Source: a virus (lineage: Duplodnaviria; Caudoviricetes). From it: a stretch of 64,000 nt of DNA. Below the pieces are notes generated by a model. The model had not been told where the DNA came from and searched no databases. It worked only from the letters and a program-made list of their open reading frames with translations. Location: positions 12,652-76,651 of the IMG/VR virus record IMGVR_UViG_3300020172_000524. The stretch is one strand, 5' to 3'. The position numbers were made by a program, and so were the translations under genes. Positions 9,501 to 17,313 of the stretch are shown here, piece by piece; position 1 is the stretch's first letter; every line of letters begins with the position of its first letter.

Positions 9501-11675
9501 CAGATAGAAAATATTAAATATGTTTCTACTGGGTACTCTTGTTCTGTATACACAGATATTTCAGGAACACTTAAAATTAAAACTAAGTACTATCCTGCAT
9601 TTGGTGGAGACACTTACATTAATAAGTTTGCACTTAAGCGTAAGCACTCTTTCTTTACTCGTAACTTAGCTAACTTACCAGCTAAAGTAGATAATGTTCC
9701 TTTTGATTACTGGTTGTATCCTAACTTAGGCTACCCTACTTACTATATCGGAGAATCTCCTGAAGATTTAAGTTCAGCAGCAACCGAAGCTTTAATAGCT
9801 GGAGTTGCAGCAGCTGCGGCTGCGGCATTAGCTGCAGGAGTTGTTACAGGAGCTTTAGTAGCAGGCAGTGTTTTAAATGCTGCTCTTACAGGAGTATTGG
9901 CTTCAATCTACAGTTTGTTTGTAAAGAAGAATAACTTAGATGCAGATCCTCAACCTTTCTTCTATCAGAAAGGATTCTTCTACACAGCTTCTTATGGTAT
10001 TCCAGTATTCTATGTAGAGTCTGACATTAACGTAGACTTACGTCATGGAAGAAATGAATTAGAAGAAAACTTTTATCCTAACGTAGGAGATGGTATTCCT
10101 GATGACTGGTTGCATGAAGTAAACGTACCTATCAAGTTTGACAACTTTTATAGTTACAATGCAACTTATTCTGCACAGAACTTAAGTCCTAACTTCCCAT
10201 ATAGATTAAAGTATCCTAAGTTAGAATGCTTGTCTATTCACCATAACCGTGTGATCTATTCTGATCCTGCAAACTCTTCTAACTATCTTTCAGATGCTTG
10301 GAGAGTATTCCGTCCAGGTAATTTCTATGACTTCCCTAAGCAAGGAGGACGCTTAATAGATCTAAATGCAGGAGAGAACGAAAGAGTACATGCTAGATTT
10401 GAAAACACTACTAAGGTTTATAACTCTCGTATTACTTTAACTACTACTTCTCCTTATCAGTTAGAGATTGGAAGTGCAGAAATGTTCAAACAAAAACCTG
10501 TTGATTTAGCTAAGACTGATTTAGGTTACATAGGAACTCAACACAAAGCTTACGTTAAGTGTGAGTATGGAACATTCTGGGTAGATGCTAAACGTGGGCA
10601 TATCTATCAGTTGACAGGTGAGGGTTTTAACGAAATTAAAACTGACAACAACTTTAACTGGTTTAAACAAAACCTACCCTTCCAGATTCTTAAAGACATT
10701 CCTAATGCAGACATCGACAATCCTCCTATTGGATTAGGTATTGTTATGGGATGGGATGAAAGATACGAGAGAGTATTTATTACTAAACTAGACTACAGAG
10801 TTAAGCCTGAGTATAGACCTGGAAGTCCTTCAGTAGTTAAGTATATTACAGACACTTCAGATAGCAACTATCGTAAGTATGTATTAGATAGTGGAAGTAT
10901 TGAGGTAGAGATTACTTTTGGTGATCCAGCATTCTTCGAGAATAAATCTTGGACAGTAGCTTACTCACCTAAGTTGAAGAACTTTATTTCTTTCTACTCT
11001 TTCCTTCCTAACTTCTTTGTTCCCCAACTAGGTCACTTCCAAACCATAATCAATACTTCTACAGGAGCGTCTACTTGGAATCATAACTTGTCGCTTTATA
11101 GTTATCAGACTTATTACAATATACTCTATCCTTATATAATCGAGTATAATGTAAACTCTTTCCCACAAGTATCTACAATCAACTCTATTACTTTGATGCA
11201 GGACATACAAGAATACTATTCTGATTACGAGTACTATTCTTTGTCTACTGCTAACAAAAAGAACTTAGCAAACTTTACTAAGGCTATCATCTATAACAAA
11301 GAACAGTCTTCTGGTATCATTAAGTTGATACCTGAAGAGTTTGGTAACACAAGACAGAAGATTACCTATCCTAGAATGACAGCAACAGGCATAGAAGCTC
11401 TTATCTCTCGTAGAGAACACTTGTATACCTTTAATGGATTTTGGAACGTTGCAGCTCAAGGAAATGGTCAACCTCTATGGTCAACTCAGTGGAGTGACTT
11501 AGTTACTCAGTACCCTATAGACAAAGTGCCTAATACTAAGAGTGTAAGACCTGTATCTGTGTCTTATCAGAAGTCTAAGATTAAGTCTGACTTTGCTAAA
11601 GTCAGACTGATTCAAGATCAATACTCTAGATTTAAGTTTATTAACACCATTCAAATAACCCAAACCAACCCATAA
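6594..11675 (+). CDS. Tail stabilisation / muzzle protein (P22 gp10-like class)
   Basis: 1693 aa; GLNLD start, RDEVYPFGI, RHHKFP, FHSPD, FGGDTYI and C-terminal WTVAYSP..FISFYSFLP motifs; synteny. Confidence 0.75.
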   Translation: MDNKINQNVAGLNLDSVNYQIKENMITFALNANIQSHDGNSTTYTNEPSNQICYNFTTSYPGYKIVGTLSITEQSKLIVFLAHPDGRSLIGEITNLSKDCTSLIETEKDCGCISGTVVTNVVTEDSSCCLFTPLVVDNCCDCTDCYRYDVQATDNQPFTVVFVDCNGVETSETFPSGIGTFKAKRNRFILPVNVEILYSVLDSQGTCIPKSAPCCLGLSPDFPVYSEYRIDNCETKVYFIARNIQPRYFSLEEPYGRDQCGDAIDCITDSCERLKLFPDFCQPDIYPTAVDSGGTLKGGVYSFSLAYADENGKELTDYVDFSNPIPIFERAITEQTEYETSKSIRVSIDHSTAIFDYFNLVVAENINEVTTYQLVGTYRVNQSTYRDSLVYTGDYSSTFSSIVPLIRSPHYETAEIIEKQNDILMLADLVETPKYNFQLLANQIKLRWETVKMPVDNKFDFSNPEIAYFFRTYQRDEVYPFGIKFKLKNGKYTDVFHIPGREVFVNSNEEELLYSSSNPDAFGTSNDCIVTTAQPRWKVYNTATTGLTPPNNTPSLQEVQYSCKITVETSGEFAYWESTETYPCYEDVWGTLAGKAIRHHKFPENAKSHIHADGDDFIYPIGVRIWNESLFEGILDQETVYDPLNTYGNHQIPVKELICGYELVRGNRVNNKSVVAKGLIYDVGTFINAKTGKSYYYPNYPYNSLQDDPYIKSTPDWYNQADRGIDKDQDGMRLHEGFNTIGSRYTFHSPDTHFQYPKIGTELKLETVEYGKVQGHFVPVLDHPKHKFLTLADYATAATLANALALAFESDTAVNTTVPPPPGVSTTISNKSKTDALSIITNNQAFIDLIEKLIPLANFAYQFNSIGEYKRFLPITTIGNRRRFLDIGLYANDKIVELNDDKPIHNRLRETSVYLKTNGSFSTEYSSIIDNSRYTIGQKNLAKDPEQIVESDTRAYYASIKREFPNQYGQIENIKYVSTGYSCSVYTDISGTLKIKTKYYPAFGGDTYINKFALKRKHSFFTRNLANLPAKVDNVPFDYWLYPNLGYPTYYIGESPEDLSSAATEALIAGVAAAAAAALAAGVVTGALVAGSVLNAALTGVLASIYSLFVKKNNLDADPQPFFYQKGFFYTASYGIPVFYVESDINVDLRHGRNELEENFYPNVGDGIPDDWLHEVNVPIKFDNFYSYNATYSAQNLSPNFPYRLKYPKLECLSIHHNRVIYSDPANSSNYLSDAWRVFRPGNFYDFPKQGGRLIDLNAGENERVHARFENTTKVYNSRITLTTTSPYQLEIGSAEMFKQKPVDLAKTDLGYIGTQHKAYVKCEYGTFWVDAKRGHIYQLTGEGFNEIKTDNNFNWFKQNLPFQILKDIPNADIDNPPIGLGIVMGWDERYERVFITKLDYRVKPEYRPGSPSVVKYITDTSDSNYRKYVLDSGSIEVEITFGDPAFFENKSWTVAYSPKLKNFISFYSFLPNFFVPQLGHFQTIINTSTGASTWNHNLSLYSYQTYYNILYPYIIEYNVNSFPQVSTINSITLMQDIQEYYSDYEYYSLSTANKKNLANFTKAIIYNKEQSSGIIKLIPEEFGNTRQKITYPRMTATGIEALISRREHLYTFNGFWNVAAQGNGQPLWSTQWSDLVTQYPIDKVPNTKSVRPVSVSYQKSKIKSDFAKVRLIQDQYSRFKFINTIQITQTNP

Positions 11676-11679
11676 TATC

Positions 11680-12060
11680 ATGAAAGAAAAAGAACTCTTC
11701 ACAACAGTTAAACCCGAAATAGTACTGGGACAGTTATTCCAGTCTAGGGACATCATTCACTTAGCTCACTTACAGACAACTTCGTTTAGTGAGCACAAAG
11801 CTTTAGACGGTTACTACTCAGAAGTAATCGGTCTATTAGATGATTTAGTAGAAGCATACTTCGGAACTATTGGAAAACGCTTAAACTTTAAGATTCCTGG
11901 CTCAGAGTATATGAATGCTAAAGCTCATCTTACTTACATGAAAGATTATGTAATGAAGCATCGTAATGTATTCGGAAACGAAAACACACACTTACAAAAC
12001 ATTGTAGACGAGATCATTGCTTTGATTACTTCTACTTTGTATCAATTGACACTAAACTAA
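11680..12060 (+). CDS. Ferritin/Dps-like four-helix protein (DUF5856-like)
   Basis: HLAHLQT..SEHKALDGYY..DDLVEAYFG..LQNIVDEI..YQL pattern. Confidence 0.7.
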   Translation: MKEKELFTTVKPEIVLGQLFQSRDIIHLAHLQTTSFSEHKALDGYYSEVIGLLDDLVEAYFGTIGKRLNFKIPGSEYMNAKAHLTYMKDYVMKHRNVFGNENTHLQNIVDEIIALITSTLYQLTLN

Positions 12061-12068
12061 ATAACTAT

Positions 12069-12464
12069 ATGAATCGTTTAAAGAAAGCTTATTCTTCCTG
12101 CATGATGTGTGGAGGTAAGAAGATGAAATCTGGCGGTAACTGGATTAAGAGTGCTATTAAAAAGCCAGGATCTTTTACTGCACAAGCTAAAAAAGCTGGT
12201 ATGTCTGTACCTGCATTCCGTGATAAAGTGTTAGCTAATAAAGAAAAGTTCTCAAGTACAACTGTAAAAAGAGCTAACTTGGCTAAGACTCTTTCTAAGA
12301 TGCGTAAAGGAGAAGATGGAATGTTGAATACGTCTGGTGTTAAGACTGTAAAAAGTATACCTATAAAAACTACTAAAGGTCAAACTAAGGAAATGCCAAA
12401 AATGAGTACCGTAACATCTAAGGATAAGTACGGTGTACGTAACGCTTCTTATCGTAAGAAATAA
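12069..12464 (+). CDS. Small basic putative internal virion protein
   Basis: Lys-rich 131 aa; WIKSAIKKPGSFT..KRANLAKTL motif common in aquatic phages. Confidence 0.6.
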   Translation: MNRLKKAYSSCMMCGGKKMKSGGNWIKSAIKKPGSFTAQAKKAGMSVPAFRDKVLANKEKFSSTTVKRANLAKTLSKMRKGEDGMLNTSGVKTVKSIPIKTTKGQTKEMPKMSTVTSKDKYGVRNASYRKK

Positions 12465-13900
12465 TGTTTGTCCCAGGAGTAAATGGTTCTGTAATTCCTA
12501 GTGTGTCTTCTGGCTCTAGGCTTAAGGGTGCATACAAGAATTCTAAGAAGCGTAGAATGGATAATGGGGGATGGGCTAACTGGACTCCTAATACAGGAAA
12601 GCCTTACTTAAGAACTAGTCCTGCAGGTAATGCAGGTTACTCTGACAATACTAAAGTAATTACTCAAAATACAAACGTTACTGCAGCTAATAGAAAAGCA
12701 GCAGAAGCTGCAGAGTATGCTAAACGTGTAGGTAGTGTTAGTCAGGGTAAAGTTAAATCTAACTATGAGAAAGCAAAAGAAGCCAGCTCATTAGTAGCAC
12801 AAGCGCAACAACGTAAAGGTTCTGCTGATCCAATAGACTATGTATTAGATGCTGTTAATCCTGTCAATTATGTTACTAATGCTATTGATTTAGTCGGTAA
12901 TACAGGATCTGCGGTTGTTAATGCTTCTCAAGGAAATTTTGCTGAAGCAGGAGTTGATTTACTAGGCGCAGGATTGAATGCACTTGATGTTGTGCCCTTA
13001 ACTAGAGGTTTAGGTTTAGGAAAAATAGCAAAACCTGCGATTAAAAAAGTTGCACAACCTTTTCTAAAGTACGCAGATGATGTAGTACAAACTTCTAAGA
13101 TTGCAGGTAAACCTGCACTGCCTACTTACAAAAATGTGTATAGAGGAGAGCATGCAAACTTTAATACTATGGCAAAACCTGACGATTTTACGGGTAGGTG
13201 GGCACTAGATAATCCTAAAGACGTAGAGTTTTATGTGGGAAACTTAAAAACTCCTAGAGGAGATTCTTATACTACAAGTAATTATTTTAAAGGAGAAGTA
13301 GAGCCTGTAAGAATAATGAGGGATAGACTTCCTGAGTATAAAATGAAACAACAATTTGCGGAAGGTATGCCAGAGGAAGCACGAATTATGAGTATGGGTA
13401 GAGGTAAGTTGACTGATAAAGAACTTGCTAGTGTTTTAGGTGACGGTGCTGCTGATAGAATACGGAAGGGTATTCTAACAGAAATGGATTACAACAGTAT
13501 GTCTACTGCTCCTTTTATGTACAATACAGCAGAGGGTATACTTGATGCAAACAGAATGAATCAACTACGTAAGGGTGAAAATACTTTTTTAGGTCGGGGA
13601 AAAACTAACTTGTTTCCAGATCAAAAGCAAGCTATTGACTATATAAGTAATCAGTCAAAAGGACAAAAAAATAGTTCTCTAATTAGTAAATACCTACCTT
13701 TTAGTACTTATAAAAACGGAGGAGAAGTAGAAGATGATGACGATAAACAAATGGTAGATGGAGTAGCAAGTATCCTTAGAGACGTAAAGAGTAAAGAGAA
13801 CAGATTACAGTTAGCTAACAAGATGGCTAAACAGTTTAACAGAGAAAAGGTAAACTATAATTTACCACAATTCCTAGCTAAATCCAAAGTAAAAAAATGA
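12464..13900 (+). CDS. Cys-free cargo-like protein with pre-toxin-like helices and a possible ADP-ribosyltransferase-like domain
   Basis: 478 aa; TAATG coupling to upstream gene; Gly/Ala amphipathic segment, then VYRG..GRW..FY. Confidence 0.45.
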   Translation: MFVPGVNGSVIPSVSSGSRLKGAYKNSKKRRMDNGGWANWTPNTGKPYLRTSPAGNAGYSDNTKVITQNTNVTAANRKAAEAAEYAKRVGSVSQGKVKSNYEKAKEASSLVAQAQQRKGSADPIDYVLDAVNPVNYVTNAIDLVGNTGSAVVNASQGNFAEAGVDLLGAGLNALDVVPLTRGLGLGKIAKPAIKKVAQPFLKYADDVVQTSKIAGKPALPTYKNVYRGEHANFNTMAKPDDFTGRWALDNPKDVEFYVGNLKTPRGDSYTTSNYFKGEVEPVRIMRDRLPEYKMKQQFAEGMPEEARIMSMGRGKLTDKELASVLGDGAADRIRKGILTEMDYNSMSTAPFMYNTAEGILDANRMNQLRKGENTFLGRGKTNLFPDQKQAIDYISNQSKGQKNSSLISKYLPFSTYKNGGEVEDDDDKQMVDGVASILRDVKSKENRLQLANKMAKQFNREKVNYNLPQFLAKSKVKK

Positions 13901-14346
13901 AACAAATGATAAAACGTAAGGATGGATCTTACTCACAAAGAGGTTTGTGGGATAACATCCGTGCTAACAAAGGATCTGGTAAAAAGCCTACAAAAGAAAT
14001 GCTTAAGCAAGAGACTAAGATTAAAAAAGAAAGTCGCTTAAAGAAGGCATACATGGCTAAAGGTGGAAACATTGCTAAGACTACTAAAGGTCCAGGAGCA
14101 AACTATCGTCCTACTAAATCAGGAGCAGGTATGACTCAGAAAGGTGTAATGGCTTATCGTAGAGCAAACCCTGGATCTAAACTAAGCACTGCTGTTACAG
14201 GTAATGTAAAGGCTGGTAGCAAAGCAGCCAATCGTAGAAAGTCTTATTGTGCTAGATCATTAGGTCAGCTACGTAGATCTAAACAGTCTACACAGAATGA
14301 TCCTAATAGCAGAATACGTCAAGCACGTAGACGCTGGAAGTGCTAA
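13897..14346 (+). CDS. Basic protein (DUF6321-like)
   Basis: GLWDNIRA; GMTQKGVMAYRRANPGSKL; RRKSYCARS; SRIRQARRRWKC. Confidence 0.65.
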   Translation: MKQMIKRKDGSYSQRGLWDNIRANKGSGKKPTKEMLKQETKIKKESRLKKAYMAKGGNIAKTTKGPGANYRPTKSGAGMTQKGVMAYRRANPGSKLSTAVTGNVKAGSKAANRRKSYCARSLGQLRRSKQSTQNDPNSRIRQARRRWKC

Positions 14347-14381
14347 GAACTAAATAAACTAAATAAACTAAAACTAAATAT

Positions 14382-14537
14382 ATGGCCGCTAAAGCATCTA
14401 AATCAAAATCAACTTCTACTGCTTCCAAGTTTAAAGTTAAACCAAAGATCCGCAGAAAAGGAGTAGTAGCAAAAACTAAAGCTTCAAAGTTAAAGTCTAG
14501 TAAGAACTACTTAAAGAAATCAAGAGGTCAGGGGTAA
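14382..14537 (+). CDS. 51-aa very basic protein missed by the ORF track
   Basis: MAAKASKSKSTSTASKFKVKPKIRRKGVVAKTKASKLKSSKNYLKKSRGQG*; A-rich start context; ends in terminator. Confidence 0.7.
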   Translation: MAAKASKSKSTSTASKFKVKPKIRRKGVVAKTKASKLKSSKNYLKKSRGQG

Positions 14538-14560
14538 GCAATTACCCCTTGCTTTTTTTT
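14530..14560 (+). terminator. Intrinsic terminator
   Basis: AGGGGTAA-gcaa-TTACCCCT then TGCTTTTTTTT. Confidence 0.85.
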
Positions 14561-14570
14561 ATTAATCTTG

Positions 14571-14578
14571 TATATTTG
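14571..14578 (+). promoter_or_regulatory. Bacteroidota -7 promoter element for the cargo operon
   Basis: TATATTTG directly after the terminator, with TTG about 22 nt upstream. Confidence 0.6.
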
Positions 14579-14641
14579 TATAACTAGCTTATTTCCAAGC
14601 ACTTATTAACATCTTAAGTTAATAACATTAAACATTAAAAC

Positions 14642-17302
14642 ATGTTAAGAAGCAATCTTTTTAAGAGATTCAGTAAGAAGAAATTCGAAGATGCAGGTAC
14701 TGTAACAAAACCTGAAGAAACAGGTTTGTCTATACCTACCGTAGAAGATATTAAAAAGAACTTTGGTATTAATAATCCCTTTGTTCTAGATGGTTATACT
14801 ACTCCCGAACAACCTAAAGGTACTGTTAGTACTACTGAAAGTTCTTTTGCCCCAGGTACATTTAGCGACCTAGTTAAGAGTCCTATGTTTACTACAGGAT
14901 TTTCTCCTTTGAATCCTTACGATATCAATCCTAAGACTCCAGAACCAGAGCAAGGTCCAATGACTAAGGAACAGAGTGATTACTTTGTTCTAGATCAAAG
15001 TATGCCAGAAACTAAAACTCCTGAAACCAAAGAAGATAACAGACCTGCTATGGTCTCTTTAGGCTTACTAGGATTTAATGCTTTACTTGGTAAGAACGAA
15101 GATTTACAGAATCAACAAAGTTTTAACGAATCAATTCAACAAAGAAACTCTAAACCTATTAATGACTATAACTTTAAGTACGGTCCTAATAGCAGTGGAG
15201 GTACAGAGTTTCAACCTACAATCAAAGCCGAAATGGGTGCAAAAATAAACAAACGTTATGCTAGTGAAGGCATGAACGATGTAGAGATTGAAGGAGGAGA
15301 GTTTATCCAACTTCCAAACTTAGAGACAGAAATGGCTGAAGGGCTTTCTCACGAGAATGGAGGTATTCCTACTAATCTACCTAATCAGACTCGTGTCTAC
15401 TCTAACAACTTAAAGCCAGAAGGTTCTAAGAAAACTTTTGCTCAGCTTGCTAAGAACTACGATACTACTTCATATAAGAAGATCTTAGACAATAACTTTG
15501 CTAAGCAAGTAGATAAAGATACTGCACAGATAATGATGCAGAGAAACCAAAAGATCCTAGATCAATTGTTTTCAGATCAACAAGCAATGAATGGCAACTC
15601 TAACGGAGAGTTAGAAGCTAAGAATGGAGCAGGTATTAATAACCCAGGATTTAAATCATTACCTGGTTATGTACAAGCTAAGATTATGTCTAATATGGCT
15701 GATGGAGGAGTGGATGATCCACTAAACGAGTTACCTAGAGTAAAAGCTATTGATCCATTAAACTTAGCAGCTATGAGTACTCTTAATGCAATTGATCCTA
15801 TACAAGAGTCATTTAGGCCTTTTGCTATGCCTGGGGGTCAAGTACCTCCTGCTAATAAAATGGAATACTTTGAGAGAGCATACTCTGATATCCTTTCTCA
15901 GAAGTTAAAGCCTAGAGCAACTATGATTGATCCTAGTGGTGATCTTCCTTCTGTTAAAGCTATTGATCCTACTAACGTAGAAGCAATGAAAACTCTTGCT
16001 CAATTAGAGTCTCAGTCTAACGTAGATGCACAAGAAAACCCTACTTCTAGTGCTTCTCCTGCAATGACTGCAGCAGCTAATACTTCTAATATTGCAGCTC
16101 GTAGTAAGAATGCAATGTTTGATCCTACCAAACCTGCAATGCCTGCACACACTGGTCCTGAAAAACAATTCTTAACAGGTATAGATCCTAGTATAGATCC
16201 AAGTTTACAGATGGTTCCAGGAGTTCAACCTAGCTTAGGTACAGGTGTATACGGAGAGGCTTCTAACATTGAGACCTTTACTAAGAATTATGGTTGGTAC
16301 TTGGATGACTTGAAAGCAAGTGGAGAGACATTTGATCCTAAAAATGAGGGTAGTGTTCGTAGAGCACAAGTTGCTTTTACAGAAGAAGCTTATAACAGAT
16401 TTAGAAGAGAAGGACTTTCAGAACAAGAAGCAAGAACTAAAGCAGACGAAGTAGGATTTACTGCAGTAAAAGGTTTACAGAATTCTGTAGATGACATGTT
16501 AGGATTGTACACAGCAACACGTGTACTTCCTGAAAGCAAAAAGACTCCTACTCCTGTTACTCCTGGAGATAAACCTTTTATGGATTTAATTGATGGAGAG
16601 ACTCCTCAGCCAGAAAAAGGTAAGTCTAATATTCCTAGAACAGGAGAAACTCCAAAAGGAACTCCAGGAAGAACCTTTACTCCTGCGGGATCTCCTGCTA
16701 AAGGTAAGTACATTCCAGGACAGTTTCCTTTGTATCAGGCTATTCCTGAGGCTATGGGATTAGCTCAAGCACAACAGATTTATCCTTATGCTATTCCTGA
16801 GATTGACTCTCCTTACGTACGTCCTCAAACATTAAACATTCAAAGTCAATTACAAGATATTGATAGCATGGCTACTGCAACTCAAAGAGCAGGAGGAGAT
16901 CCTTTGACTACTTACATTGCAGGATTAGACGCTAAACAGAAAGCTTTCCAAGCTAAGCAAAACTTTGATGCTCAGGGACGCTCTCAAGCTGACATGGCTA
17001 ATGCTCAAACTAGAATGCAAGCTGATCAAATCAACGCTCAGTACTTTGATCGTGTATATAATAATTTAGTAGGTCAAGCAAGAGATGCACAGTCTGCAGA
17101 AAAACAAGCAGCTATTGCAAGCGTTACAAATAAAAAGGCTAAATTTACACAGGACGAAACTAAGAAGTCTGCTTACATTAATGCTTTAATGGAAAACTAC
17201 GATGTAGACTCTAAAGGTAACTTTACTTTAAAGCCAGGTAAGAATCCTGTTATAAATTCTAATCCAGCAAAAACTGCCAAGAAAGGCATGTATAAAAAAT
17301 AA
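14642..17302 (+). CDS. Cargo/ejection protein 1
   Basis: 886 aa, Cys-free, Pro/Gln-rich; VEIEGGE..SHENGGIP..VYSN motif typical of crAss-like cargo protein 1. Confidence 0.65.
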   Translation: MLRSNLFKRFSKKKFEDAGTVTKPEETGLSIPTVEDIKKNFGINNPFVLDGYTTPEQPKGTVSTTESSFAPGTFSDLVKSPMFTTGFSPLNPYDINPKTPEPEQGPMTKEQSDYFVLDQSMPETKTPETKEDNRPAMVSLGLLGFNALLGKNEDLQNQQSFNESIQQRNSKPINDYNFKYGPNSSGGTEFQPTIKAEMGAKINKRYASEGMNDVEIEGGEFIQLPNLETEMAEGLSHENGGIPTNLPNQTRVYSNNLKPEGSKKTFAQLAKNYDTTSYKKILDNNFAKQVDKDTAQIMMQRNQKILDQLFSDQQAMNGNSNGELEAKNGAGINNPGFKSLPGYVQAKIMSNMADGGVDDPLNELPRVKAIDPLNLAAMSTLNAIDPIQESFRPFAMPGGQVPPANKMEYFERAYSDILSQKLKPRATMIDPSGDLPSVKAIDPTNVEAMKTLAQLESQSNVDAQENPTSSASPAMTAAANTSNIAARSKNAMFDPTKPAMPAHTGPEKQFLTGIDPSIDPSLQMVPGVQPSLGTGVYGEASNIETFTKNYGWYLDDLKASGETFDPKNEGSVRRAQVAFTEEAYNRFRREGLSEQEARTKADEVGFTAVKGLQNSVDDMLGLYTATRVLPESKKTPTPVTPGDKPFMDLIDGETPQPEKGKSNIPRTGETPKGTPGRTFTPAGSPAKGKYIPGQFPLYQAIPEAMGLAQAQQIYPYAIPEIDSPYVRPQTLNIQSQLQDIDSMATATQRAGGDPLTTYIAGLDAKQKAFQAKQNFDAQGRSQADMANAQTRMQADQINAQYFDRVYNNLVGQARDAQSAEKQAAIASVTNKKAKFTQDETKKSAYINALMENYDVDSKGNFTLKPGKNPVINSNPAKTAKKGMYKK

Positions 17303-17313
17303 AATTTAAACCT

